This document shows positions 54,968-63,851 of a DNA stretch of 64,000 nucleotides, one piece after another. The notes below the pieces were generated by a model. It did no database searches and was not told where the DNA came from. It was given only the letters and a program-made list of their open reading frames with translations. Position 1 is the first letter of the stretch; each line of letters opens with the position of its first letter. The position numbers and the translations under genes are program-made. Source of the stretch: an uncultured Elusimicrobia bacterium (GTDB taxonomy: Bacteria > Elusimicrobiota > Elusimicrobia > UBA1565 > UBA9628); the NCBI GenBank assembly GCA_964510095.1, contig CAZEAE010000001.1:232551-296550 (forward strand), written 5' to 3'.

Positions 54968-55495
54968 ATGAAGCGCAACTTCTGGCTGACCCTCGCGATC
55001 CTCGCCCCGATCTCGGCGCATGCCGCGGCCTTCTCACCGGTGACCCTCGTCGCCCCCCGCATGTTCCCGATCCTGCCCACCCCGATCGTCTCGATCCGCC
55101 CCAACATCGCGCTCCCCTCTCCGATCAACCCGCTGGCGCCGCTCTCCCCTTCCGTCCTGCTGGCGCCCACCCTCAGCGCTTCCGCCCTGCCCTCCGCCCC
55201 CGCCCTCGTGCCCGCCATCGAGATCACTCCGGTGACGGAAGAGAAGAAGATCATCCTCCCCGGCTCCTTCAACCCCGGCAGCCCCATCAAGATGCCGCTG
55301 GTCAACGACCAGAACGTCTCCAAGGTCGCGGCCCGGCTCAACGCCGTCTTCGACGGCACGTCGCAGCCCGAGAGGGCCCCGGTGGCCGCGCCCAGCCAGC
55401 AGGTCCGCGAGGACGAGAGCGCTTCCGGCGAGCACCTGACGCTGCCTGAGATGGACCTCGAGAACGAGATCGGCATCGGCCAAGCTCTCGAATAA
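54968..55495 (+). CDS. Hypothetical secreted Pro/Leu/Ala-rich protein
   Basis: Signal peptide (AHAAA) followed by low-complexity LxPxL repeats. Confidence 0.4.
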   Translation: MKRNFWLTLAILAPISAHAAAFSPVTLVAPRMFPILPTPIVSIRPNIALPSPINPLAPLSPSVLLAPTLSASALPSAPALVPAIEITPVTEEKKIILPGSFNPGSPIKMPLVNDQNVSKVAARLNAVFDGTSQPERAPVAAPSQQVREDESASGEHLTLPEMDLENEIGIGQALE

Positions 55496-55980
55496 CGCTT
55501 TACACGGGAACAAAGACCCCTTGGGAGGGCCCAGGGGGTCTTTCCTTTTTGGCGGGGACCCTAGCGGCGGCTGGTGACAGGCACGACGACCGGATCGAGA
55601 GCCTCGTGCGGCGCCTTCATGAGGATGTAGAAGGCCACCAAGAGCAAGAGCACGCCGCTGCCCAAGCAAGCCATCGAGCAGGACTCTTGCAGCGGCGAGA
55701 CGGCGAGGACTCCAGAAGAGGTCGGCATGGCGCTGAAAGCGAGTATCGCGTTCATGCTCACAGGATACCCGGACCGTGTTGCCTAAATATTGCGTCCGCC
55801 GACGAGGATAGGTCTTCCTTGGGCCTTGACGCCAAGGGCTCGCCCTGTTATCCTTAGGATGTCCAGCCCGAGAAACAGGGTCTGGGCGGCGAGTCTTTAA
55901 GGGCTCAACTTGGCCCCGGCCTACAGGGACCTAAAGCGGCAGAGGACCCCGGTTCCTATCAGGAGCTGGGGTTTTTCGTT

Positions 55981-56820
55981 CTACTGGTAGAAGTAGAGCC
56001 CGGCGCCGAACTTGTAGTCCTCGAAGGGCTCGGTCAGGGGCTCGATGACGGTACCGATCATGACCTTGCCCTGGCTGACGAGATACTCGGCGCGCTCCTT
56101 GACCTTCTTCTCGATCTCTTCGCGCGTCTTGCCGATGCGGCTGACGTAGCCGACCTCGCGGCCGAAGTAGACCATCATCCACTTCTCGGGCGTCTGCAGG
56201 ATATCGAGGCCCGCCCTCCTGAGCAGCTCGAAATCGATGTCGTCGCCGGGCTTGAGCACGCGCACCTGCGACTCGTCTTCCGTCCGCGCCTGAGGCTTGA
56301 CCAGGTAATAGACGTTGTAGGTCGGCAGGAGGAACTCGAGGTCGAGCACGTAGGAGGTCAGCACGCTCACCTGCCGCTGGGCCAGCGCGGACAGGACCAT
56401 GGCGCGGTTGTCGCGCAAAGAGGCGTCGTCCTTGGGCTTGAACTGCCGGGGCTCGGCCCTGAAATCGCGGATCACGGAGCCGTCGGCGGTCTTGTAGGGG
56501 ATCGTGTAGAAGCCGCTCTTGAAGGTGGCCTTGCCGGGCGTGATGCCGGCGCCGGAGAGTATTGCCGACCACAAGGCCACGGCTTCTTCGAACTGGGCGT
56601 CGGTGTCGGCGTAGCCGAAGAGGACTTCCTTGCCGCTCTGGGCGAGGAGGTAGCCCTTGCTCAGGCGGTCCTGCGGCGCGCCCAAGACGGAAGGCGCGGC
56701 GGCGGCGCTTTGGACCTGGCGCAGGCCGAGGTCTGAGAAGGGGATCGAGCCAAGGGTCTGCGCGGCCTGGGCCGAGGCGCAGAGAGAGGCGAGCACAAGG
56801 GAGGTCAAGAGGGTTTTCAT
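55981..56820 (-). CDS. Hypothetical secreted protein
   Basis: Signal peptide (ASAQAAQ); 279 aa; ATGA overlap with tag upstream. Confidence 0.5.
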   Translation of the reverse strand: MKTLLTSLVLASLCASAQAAQTLGSIPFSDLGLRQVQSAAAAPSVLGAPQDRLSKGYLLAQSGKEVLFGYADTDAQFEEAVALWSAILSGAGITPGKATFKSGFYTIPYKTADGSVIRDFRAEPRQFKPKDDASLRDNRAMVLSALAQRQVSVLTSYVLDLEFLLPTYNVYYLVKPQARTEDESQVRVLKPGDDIDFELLRRAGLDILQTPEKWMMVYFGREVGYVSRIGKTREEIEKKVKERAEYLVSQGKVMIGTVIEPLTEPFEDYKFGAGLYFYQ

Positions 56821-57329
56821 GTGGCCATTCTAACATGTTTATGGCATTTCGGTTCATGGTCTTGGACCAGCCCGCAGGCCTGCTGGAAGGCGTAGCAGAT
56901 CGTGGGCCCCACGAACTTAAAACCCCGCGAGAGCAGGTCCCGGCTCAAGCCCGGAGCCTTGCCGGCGAAACGCCAGAGGTAGGCGTCGAAGCTGCCGAAC
57001 TCGGCCTGGACCTTGAGGAAGGCCTTGGCGTTGACGACCGCCGAGCGCACCTTGAGCCGGTTGCGCACGATGCCTTCATCCTTCAGTATCATGCGGATCT
57101 TGCGCTCATCGAAGCGCGCCACCTTCCTGGGGTCGAAGCCGGCGAAGGCCTTGCGGTAGTTCTCGCGCTTCCTCAGGATGGTCAGCCAGGACAGGCCGGC
57201 CTGCGCGCCCTCCAGGATCAGGAACTCGAAGAGCCTGCGGTCGTCATGGACGGGCACGCCCCACTCCCGGTCATGATAGAGGACGTAGAGCGGGTCGTCG
57301 GTGACCCAGGCGCAGCGGCGTTTTTCCAT
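56817..57329 (-). CDS. tag: DNA-3-methyladenine glycosylase I
   Basis: CAWVTDDPLYVLYHDREWGVP...FLILEGAQAGLSWLTIL... and the Cys/His zinc site are typical of Tag. Confidence 0.8.
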   Translation of the reverse strand: MEKRRCAWVTDDPLYVLYHDREWGVPVHDDRRLFEFLILEGAQAGLSWLTILRKRENYRKAFAGFDPRKVARFDERKIRMILKDEGIVRNRLKVRSAVVNAKAFLKVQAEFGSFDAYLWRFAGKAPGLSRDLLSRGFKFVGPTICYAFQQACGLVQDHEPKCHKHVRMAT

Positions 57330-57437
57330 GGCGATAAAACGGCGGAGAGGGTTGGACGCTGTTCGAAACCGAAAGTCTCACTGACGGATCGGTTTCGAAT
57401 CGAAGTTAAGCGCAGCCCCTCCGGTAAAAAGCTTATA

Positions 57438-57483
57438 GCCTTAGCGCCAACGAAACGGCGCTGAGGCTATTTTATTGCTTTTA
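57438..57483 (+). terminator. Hairpin (13-bp imperfect inverted repeat TAGCCTTAGCGCC/GGCGCTGAGGCTA) followed by TTTTATTGCTTTT. Terminator-like, or part of an attachment site
   Basis: A stem-loop plus a T-run, read directly from the sequence, lying 40 bp upstream of the integrase start. Confidence 0.3.
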
Positions 57484-57523
57484 GCCGGGATTACAAGGGA
57501 CTCGCCACTTCGGGGAGCGTCCT

Positions 57524-59110
57524 ATGTTGCCTACGCCTATGTCCGAGGAGTTTGAATCCGTTATTAGAGGATACCGTCATCCCAGGACCGGGGAGCCGCT
57601 GAGCCCCGGAACCCGAGAAAAATATTTAGCGAACCTTCGGCTCTTTCGGGATGGAGTACTGAGCCTCTATCCCGGTCGGAAGTTCGAAGTCCTCGCCGAC
57701 TTCCTGCCGCAGGACTTGAAGGACTATAAGGGCCGTCTTGAGAGCGATAGCGGAAACATGAAGGGGATCACCATAGCGACCCGGCTCATGTGCTTGCGCG
57801 GATTCTTCAAGACGGCGTATGCCTTGAACGCCATCCCGCATGACATCATTGACGGCTTCAAGGTTCGTTGGCCGCGCTCGGAGGAACAGTACCGCCGCCT
57901 TCAACCCGAGGAGGTCGAGCGGCTTTGCTCGATTGATGAAAAGAAGCTCGCCCGCATGAACCTACGGGAGAAGTTCATCCATCTTCGAAATCGAACGATG
58001 GCCGCAGTTCAGAAAGACGCAGCCCTTCGCGCCAGCGAGGTTGTCCGCATCAGCGAGGCCGATATCCTTTGGGAAAGGCGGAGCGACGGCGGGCATGTCC
58101 CCCTCATCGTCCGCGAATCCAAGGCGCGCGTCCGAGGACACCAGGACACGACATACCTGAGCCCGTGGGGCGTGAAGCATCTCAAGCGTTACTTCGAAGC
58201 GCGCAGCGCCTATTTGGAGTCGCGGGAATTAACCCCCGGCCAAATCATCACGCCCAAGTCCAAGCAAGCGGTCGGCCCGGCCTTATTTGTTTCGCAGTTC
58301 GGCGAACCGATGACGACTCCTACGACATACCAGGATGTCATCTTCCCCGACCTCGTGAAACGGGCCGGACTGAACCAGGCGTACACGTCGCACTACCTGA
58401 GGCATACTCGAATTACTGAGTGGGTCGAATCGGGGATGGACCCGAAGCGCGTACAGAAGCTCGCGCGCCACACGGACGTTACGATGACGCTGCACTATTA
58501 TCACTTCAACGAAAAGGAACTTGTCGCCGATCTGGACAAGCGTTCCGGCGTCACCGAGCCGACGGGCGACTTTACGCATCAACTGACGCCCGAGCAGCCG
58601 GTACGTCTCGCGCTCTACCGCCACGCCCTCGCTGACGCGGGCCGGACGCCGGATGAGCCGACCCTGGAACGTCTCGACTCCACCCTTCAAGGGAACATGA
58701 AGGCAGAGGCGTTTGCTCAGGTCTATTACACCGTCCATGAAACGTGCGCCAAGCTCAAAATACAGAGGACGCAGCTTTACGTCGGCTGGATCAAGGCCGG
58801 GCATTTGCATCCGTTCAAGGAAGGCGCGCGCACCGTATTCCTCAGGACCGAGGTTGACGCCCTGGCGTCTCTTCGGACGACCGAGGAAGCGTCTCGGGCT
58901 CTCGGATACAGTGAGAAGGTTCCCGTCACCGTTGCACACATGGCCGCGCAAGGGGTACTTAAAGGAACCAAGATCGGGCGATGCTGGCGCTTCCACGACC
59001 GCGACCTGATCGAATACCTGATCGCCAAGCGGCTTGGACGCCTACGGCTCCAACAGGCGCACCGCCGCCGCACGACGCGCCCGGCCTCGCTGCAAGTCGG
59101 GATGATATGA
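57524..59110 (+). CDS. int: Tyrosine-type site-specific recombinase/integrase with two C-terminal excisionase-like (MerR/HTH_17-type) HTH domains
   Basis: Catalytic-core residues (R...HYLRHTRITEW...LHYYHF). The two C-terminal helix-turn-helix segments are TCAKLKIQRTQLYVGWIKAGHLHPF and ASRALGYSEKVPVTVAHMAAQGVLKGTKIGRCWRF. Confidence 0.75.
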   Translation: MLPTPMSEEFESVIRGYRHPRTGEPLSPGTREKYLANLRLFRDGVLSLYPGRKFEVLADFLPQDLKDYKGRLESDSGNMKGITIATRLMCLRGFFKTAYALNAIPHDIIDGFKVRWPRSEEQYRRLQPEEVERLCSIDEKKLARMNLREKFIHLRNRTMAAVQKDAALRASEVVRISEADILWERRSDGGHVPLIVRESKARVRGHQDTTYLSPWGVKHLKRYFEARSAYLESRELTPGQIITPKSKQAVGPALFVSQFGEPMTTPTTYQDVIFPDLVKRAGLNQAYTSHYLRHTRITEWVESGMDPKRVQKLARHTDVTMTLHYYHFNEKELVADLDKRSGVTEPTGDFTHQLTPEQPVRLALYRHALADAGRTPDEPTLERLDSTLQGNMKAEAFAQVYYTVHETCAKLKIQRTQLYVGWIKAGHLHPFKEGARTVFLRTEVDALASLRTTEEASRALGYSEKVPVTVAHMAAQGVLKGTKIGRCWRFHDRDLIEYLIAKRLGRLRLQQAHRRRTTRPASLQVGMI

Positions 59111-59354
59111 GCGGATACGTCCAAATGCTTTACCAACCGAACAGCCGGAGGAAATTATCGGTTTCTCGACGAGAGCATACCAGGGGAACTGTCGAGCTTC
59201 TCACAGGGGTCTAAGTGGATTTAAGGCGCTTTAAGACACTTTAAGCGCGTAACGGCACAAGCGACCGAACAACAAAATCGGGGCCAGCCGAACGGGAACA
59301 GGTGGCTTCAATAACGAAGGCCCATGTCGAATTTCAAGGTATGTGTTTGGCCAT

Positions 59355-60173
59355 TTAGGGCGCGGCTGATTGAGCATAAGTCGGCGCAATAAGACGCACG
59401 TCAAAGTCTGCTGAGTGCTGGCCTATTTTAACGGCGTCCCATTGGGCTACGTCCATCCACGCCAGGAAATTGACTGGCTTGAGCGTTTTATTCCCGAGGT
59501 TAACCTCGAAAGTCCCGGTCAGCGGGTCCATTCCATCCCATTGGTAGGAATAGGAGACCTCATAAACCTCGCCCTCGCCTCGGATGGCCGTCCATTTAAG
59601 GTGGGAGGTTTCGATAAACTGTTTAAGCTTGTCCCCCATCTTGCGCGTATTGTTCCACTCTACATAGAGGTCGCCTATTGCGGGATTCTTCATGGTAGGG
59701 ACGATAAGGCTTGTGACAATTACGGCGCTGCCCACCGTGCAGCCGGGACGATTATGGTCGGCACATTTTGTTTTTCTGACCGTTGGGAACTGCTGGACAA
59801 AAGCGACAGCCTCGCTCCCTTGCGGCTTTGAGGGAGTTACTAGATATACCCCGCGAGCAATCGCGACCATTACACCCGCCGCTATTAACAATGTGGACCA
59901 TAAGGGCTTACGACTTTTTTCCACTTGCGGAGCCGCCACCGCGCTTTGCGGCTCCGGAGCTGTGGCCGGTTTGGGGGGCGGAGGCGGTAAGGGCGCTGCT
60001 TTGATAAAGAGGCCGCGCAGGGCGTCAAAGGTTTTGGCGGCTCGCCATTGATCGGTGCTTGAAGCCCCCTCCGGCGCGACAACTGTCTCCGGTCCAAAAC
60101 CTGGAACCGCTTTTAGTTGTTCAACCGCGTAAGGCCCCTGCGCCTGCTTGCCATCGAAAATCCAATATTTCAT
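59355..60173 (-). CDS. Hypothetical membrane-anchored protein with an N-terminal DUF4339/GYF-like segment
   Basis: MKYWIFDGKQAQGPYAVEQL resembles DUF4339; one TM helix (LWSTLLIAAGVMVAIA). Confidence 0.45.
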   Translation of the reverse strand: MKYWIFDGKQAQGPYAVEQLKAVPGFGPETVVAPEGASSTDQWRAAKTFDALRGLFIKAAPLPPPPPKPATAPEPQSAVAAPQVEKSRKPLWSTLLIAAGVMVAIARGVYLVTPSKPQGSEAVAFVQQFPTVRKTKCADHNRPGCTVGSAVIVTSLIVPTMKNPAIGDLYVEWNNTRKMGDKLKQFIETSHLKWTAIRGEGEVYEVSYSYQWDGMDPLTGTFEVNLGNKTLKPVNFLAWMDVAQWDAVKIGQHSADFDVRLIAPTYAQSAAP

Positions 60174-61102
60174 GGGAGGATATTCCCTGTGCTTTGTTTT
60201 TTCTCTTTTGTGATAGCTTGGAAGCGGGCATTGTCGCGCAGCGAATTAAATTCCCACGCGCGGTGGGCTTTCCCCGCAAACGTCTTATCCATTCGCACCG
60301 CTTCCTCAAGCGACTCTAAGGCCTGATCGTCCGATCCCGCCATAGCCAGATAAATCGCATGGGTATACCGTCCCTGCGCTGACGGGTCGGTGCTGTCTCG
60401 CTGCTTATTCGTGGGCCAGTCCGTGGGCCGCAGATTCCGGCCCCCCGCTTGAATTTTATGAAGCATGGCGGCGATCTTACGGCTGATTTCGCGGGCTCCG
60501 CGATATGTCGCACCAGAAGACGCGGACCAGAGGAGCCCATATGTAGTTGTTTGGAGCGATGCCCGGACCTCCCCCGTTCTCAGGTCAATCATCCTCGCGC
60601 TTGTCTCCACTGGATATGGAAGTAGCCCGAGAGTAATGACGGATAGAAGGCTGATATTTTCGCTTGTTTCGAGCATAATCCCGTGGGTGGCGGCTGGTTG
60701 ATATTCATTGATGTCGGTCGCCGTGGTGTGGACACCTGACAACTTGGCTTGATTGAGCCTGTCCTTGATGACGGCGGACTCAGCATCATCAACGACAGTG
60801 ATATTGCGCTTGAGGAGTTCACCTTCCATTGATGCGCGGATTCTTCTTTCGTTGGTCAAGGGGACCAATTCCCCGTCCCGGCGGCGCATGAATTTTGACG
60901 TATCCGCGTGAATTTCCAAGATGGCCACGCGCATCTTGTCGTAAGGAGGATGATCGTGGGCACAAGAACTCAAGAGAGTGGCGGATAGCAGGAGATAAAG
61001 AGCACCGCCCGGATTAACTTTTTTTATTTGCCAAGTCCATCGACAAAGATCAGGCGCTTGGAGGGCACCACGCACATTTTCCCGGGCGCACTTCTGGATC
61101 AC
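60170..61102 (-). CDS. Hypothetical lipoprotein with C-terminal TPR-like helices
   Basis: Lipobox LLSSC. The start is uncertain; it overlaps its neighbours by 4 nt at both ends. Confidence 0.4.
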   Translation of the reverse strand: MIQKCARENVRGALQAPDLCRWTWQIKKVNPGGALYLLLSATLLSSCAHDHPPYDKMRVAILEIHADTSKFMRRRDGELVPLTNERRIRASMEGELLKRNITVVDDAESAVIKDRLNQAKLSGVHTTATDINEYQPAATHGIMLETSENISLLSVITLGLLPYPVETSARMIDLRTGEVRASLQTTTYGLLWSASSGATYRGAREISRKIAAMLHKIQAGGRNLRPTDWPTNKQRDSTDPSAQGRYTHAIYLAMAGSDDQALESLEEAVRMDKTFAGKAHRAWEFNSLRDNARFQAITKEKKQSTGNILP

Positions 61103-61677
61103 CGCAGAAAATCCATCAACTTTTCTAACCAGCGCTGCCCCGCAGACTTCTGAGCGGCGGTTTCATTCGATGCCTTCGTCCCCTGTGCTTTCTGAAAACC
61201 GGCGGTTTCCGATACCAGTTCAGATTCTAGCGCGAAGAGCGGAATGCCCAATCCTCGCTCCTTATAATCGTAACGCATGTTTGCCCATTCACATTCGATA
61301 TACCTTGCGTCATAGTATCCGATGGTATCATCAGTGCGAAGCTTGCCGCTGACTTGAATAGTTTTAAGCTGCATTTTGCCGATGGGGCCAATATCTCCGT
61401 ACAGCGTAACCTGAGATCCCTTCTTCATGTTGTACAGCCCAATCGCCAGGCACATGCTTTGCATGGAGCCGCCCTGATTCTTGACCTGGACATTGAGAAT
61501 TATTTCCGAGACGCCATCCATATCCACCTTGTTTCGAGCGACATCATCGACTTTTACTACTCCATAGGACTGCTCCCGGCCTTTAGTTCCGTTGATGGCA
61601 GTCAGTTTGTCAGCAAAGATAATCGTTGCTGAGGCATGGGACGGCAATAGAAGCCCGATCAAGAACAGCATATTCAT
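61099..61677 (-). CDS. Hypothetical secreted protein
   Basis: Signal peptide MNMLFLIGLLLPSHASA; the start is placed at an internal Met of the listed ORF. Confidence 0.4.
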   Translation of the reverse strand: MNMLFLIGLLLPSHASATIIFADKLTAINGTKGREQSYGVVKVDDVARNKVDMDGVSEIILNVQVKNQGGSMQSMCLAIGLYNMKKGSQVTLYGDIGPIGKMQLKTIQVSGKLRTDDTIGYYDARYIECEWANMRYDYKERGLGIPLFALESELVSETAGFQKAQGTKASNETAAQKSAGQRWLEKLMDFLR

Positions 61678-61741
61678 AGTTATTCCCTCCAATTTATTTG
61701 CTCCTGTTTCGGGAGCAAACATCATACAAAGTTAGGCTTGC

Positions 61742-61993
61742 TTGCCCAGAAGGCAAGCAATGGCAACAATACGGAAATCCTCCTTTCACAGCGCAGCCTA
61801 TCGTCGCTTCCGTCGGAGGCTTCGGGACGCGCGGGTCGAGAACAAACTGACCCAACGGCAGGTCGCCAAGAAGCTCGAAAAACCGCCCAGCTATGTCGCC
61901 AAGATTGAGACCGGTGAGCGGCGGGTTGACTTCATTGAGTTGCAGGTCCTTGCAGCGCTCTACAAAAAACCCCTGAGCTTCTTCCAAGACTGA
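61742..61993 (+). CDS. XRE-family helix-turn-helix transcriptional regulator
   Basis: LTQRQVAKKLEKPPSYVAKIETGERRVDFIELQVLAALYKKPLSFF is a canonical HTH_XRE with a C-terminal tail. Confidence 0.6.
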   Translation: MPRRQAMATIRKSSFHSAAYRRFRRRLRDARVENKLTQRQVAKKLEKPPSYVAKIETGERRVDFIELQVLAALYKKPLSFFQD

Positions 61994-62013
61994 ACATAGC
62001 CGGTCTTGTTTTT

Positions 62014-63513
62014 TCAAAGACTCCTCAGGTGCTTCAACAGCGCGACCATGCCGAGCGTATCCTGCCCACAATGCTGCCGCAAGTCATCCGATATTTTCTG
62101 CCGTTCTTGGTCCAAGAGCCCCACGTCATTCATCAACGTCCAGTAGGCGAGCTGCGCCTGTGGGCCATCTTGAATCGCGAAATTCTTGTAGGTCATCTCG
62201 GGCACGAGCGCGGGTAGGACCGTCTTGAGCGACCAACTCCCACCAAAGGCCGGATGAACATAGAGTGCCCCCCGGAAGGGCTCTCCTATGTCCCACAAGC
62301 GCTCTGTGACCGAGTGGAGAAAGTTGTATTTGGCCGAGAACTCTACGGCCAGGCTTTTCAGGCAATCCCTTTTAAAGACCTTATTATCAACAACGACAGA
62401 ACCTTCCGGGCCGATATGTTTTCTGAGGAAGTTAACGAGGCCCAACCTGGGATCGCTCTTTCCGTCGCCCAGGTATTCGAAATGCGAGGTCGGCCAACCG
62501 TCTTGCTCTTGAATACGGATAGACGCTTGAAAGGCCACAAATTCAAACGGCCTTAAGCCGTCATACGGCGGAATCGGGAGGCTGATCGTCTCGAAATCGA
62601 GGAAGTAGAGCGGATATTTTAAGCCCTGCAAACTCTCGTCGATGGCTTCCCGGTCAATGTGGGGCTCGCCGGTCTTGGCGACTTTGACCTGGATTCGTTG
62701 GGACGGGGTCAGGTCAAAGTCGTCCGGGATATCGCGCATGAGCGTGACTCCGCGACTTTTCAAAAAGCTTCTTTCCAGTATGGGGAAGCGGTTTAGCTCA
62801 TGAGTCGAACTGGTAGGAACGGTCTTCCAGCATGAAGATTTGAACCCGCATTCAGAGGGGTAGTTGCAGCGTTCGCCGACTTCGGCCTCCGGCATTCCTT
62901 CAGAAGCGACGATGTCCTGCATCTCTCGGATTTGCCGTTTGATGCCCTGGCGCAGCATAAATTCGTCGCCGGTTGCTTCAGTCACGTTTTTAAGGGTGAA
63001 AAATTTATGCGCGTCGATATCGCCTCTGCGCACATATGAACTGGCGATGTTCAGGAGATAAGCCTGTCGGATCGGGAAACCCGCACCATGTAGGACATGG
63101 CGCTGGCTGGCGATATCGTAAAGGAAACTTTTGTCGTTGCCCATTGAGGCTTTGGCCTCGATCAAATCCCATTCCCCCGCATCAGTCCGAATCAAAACAT
63201 TGGCGCGGACAAGCAGGCCGTTAAAGAGCGCCGCCGGTTCGAAAAGGACACGGGCTCCGCTCTGAATAGCGGCCTGAGTCGCCTTGTGCGCTTCGGGGAT
63301 ATTCCCGTCATCTTCCGCGATCAAGACGCCGCCAGGGAAGCGCTTACGGGCGAGTTGAACTGCCTCGCGGCCTTGCTCGGAATAAATTTTTTGACGGGGC
63401 GAGGCTTTCGATATCAGGAGGCGGCGATGGCGATAAAGCCAAAGCGCTTTAGGGCATTGAACCCCGCGCAGATATTCGGCCTTGGACAAAATACCCGGAG
63501 TGCTGGCGATCAT
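62014..63513 (-). CDS. DUF2779-like protein: an N-terminal PD-(D/E)xK (RecB/Cas4-like) nuclease region plus a C-terminal RNase-H-like/DEDD exonuclease-like region
   Basis: N-terminus LSKAEYLRGVQCPKALWLY. A mid-region D/E-K pattern (DLIEAK). The C-terminal segment YFLDFETISLPIPPY is RNase-H-fold-like. Confidence 0.5.
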   Translation of the reverse strand: MIASTPGILSKAEYLRGVQCPKALWLYRHRRLLISKASPRQKIYSEQGREAVQLARKRFPGGVLIAEDDGNIPEAHKATQAAIQSGARVLFEPAALFNGLLVRANVLIRTDAGEWDLIEAKASMGNDKSFLYDIASQRHVLHGAGFPIRQAYLLNIASSYVRRGDIDAHKFFTLKNVTEATGDEFMLRQGIKRQIREMQDIVASEGMPEAEVGERCNYPSECGFKSSCWKTVPTSSTHELNRFPILERSFLKSRGVTLMRDIPDDFDLTPSQRIQVKVAKTGEPHIDREAIDESLQGLKYPLYFLDFETISLPIPPYDGLRPFEFVAFQASIRIQEQDGWPTSHFEYLGDGKSDPRLGLVNFLRKHIGPEGSVVVDNKVFKRDCLKSLAVEFSAKYNFLHSVTERLWDIGEPFRGALYVHPAFGGSWSLKTVLPALVPEMTYKNFAIQDGPQAQLAYWTLMNDVGLLDQERQKISDDLRQHCGQDTLGMVALLKHLRSL

Positions 63514-63536
63514 GGCGCTATCTGCCCACCGCCTTT

Positions 63537-63851
63537 TCAGGCGGTGGCGCGGGTCGCGGCCAGCGCGGCGAGGCGCGGACTATTCTTGAAACGGAATTTC
63601 CGCAGCCAGGCAAAATATCCCGGCGTCCCCCTCCGGTTTTTTGTCTTGAGGACGCGGCTCTGATTCCTGTTGATCTGCTTCAGTTCCGAAAGCTGCCGCT
63701 CCTGCTCGTCGATCTGCCGCTCCTGGTCGGCAAGTAGAATTTGCGCGAACAGGGTTTTCCGGCGCGCGTCGAGAACTTTGCCGCACAAATCGGCGACCGT
63801 ATCTATGTAGCTGTCCCAGGATACCTGATAAGACGAATCTTTTAGGCCCAT
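63537..63851 (-). CDS. Hypothetical coiled-coil protein
   Basis: A 104-aa ORF in the lower-GC region with a charged, heptad-like middle (QERQIDEQERQLSELKQ). Confidence 0.3.
   Translation of the reverse strand: MGLKDSSYQVSWDSYIDTVADLCGKVLDARRKTLFAQILLADQERQIDEQERQLSELKQINRNQSRVLKTKNRRGTPGYFAWLRKFRFKNSPRLAALAATRATA

Noticed and set aside
55561-55761. A 66-aa minus-strand ORF with a single hydrophobic helix
   Set aside because: It is too short and unsupported by any RBS or homology; it is not reported as a feature.
55549-55857. A plus-strand promoter-like TTGACG-N17-TATCCT (55826..55854) and the 102-aa ORF 55549..55857
   Set aside because: No credible downstream plus-strand gene exists; the next gene is on the minus strand. 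The ORF is low-complexity and overlaps the small minus-strand membrane ORF. The site is kept only as an instance of the GGGCCTTGAC motif.
57330-57523. A tRNA or tmRNA gene as the integration target next to the integrase
   Set aside because: No 7-bp acceptor stem, D-loop or T-loop (GTTCGAATC) arrangement can be assembled on either strand. The TTCGAA-containing palindrome is a simple 11-bp hairpin, not a cloverleaf.
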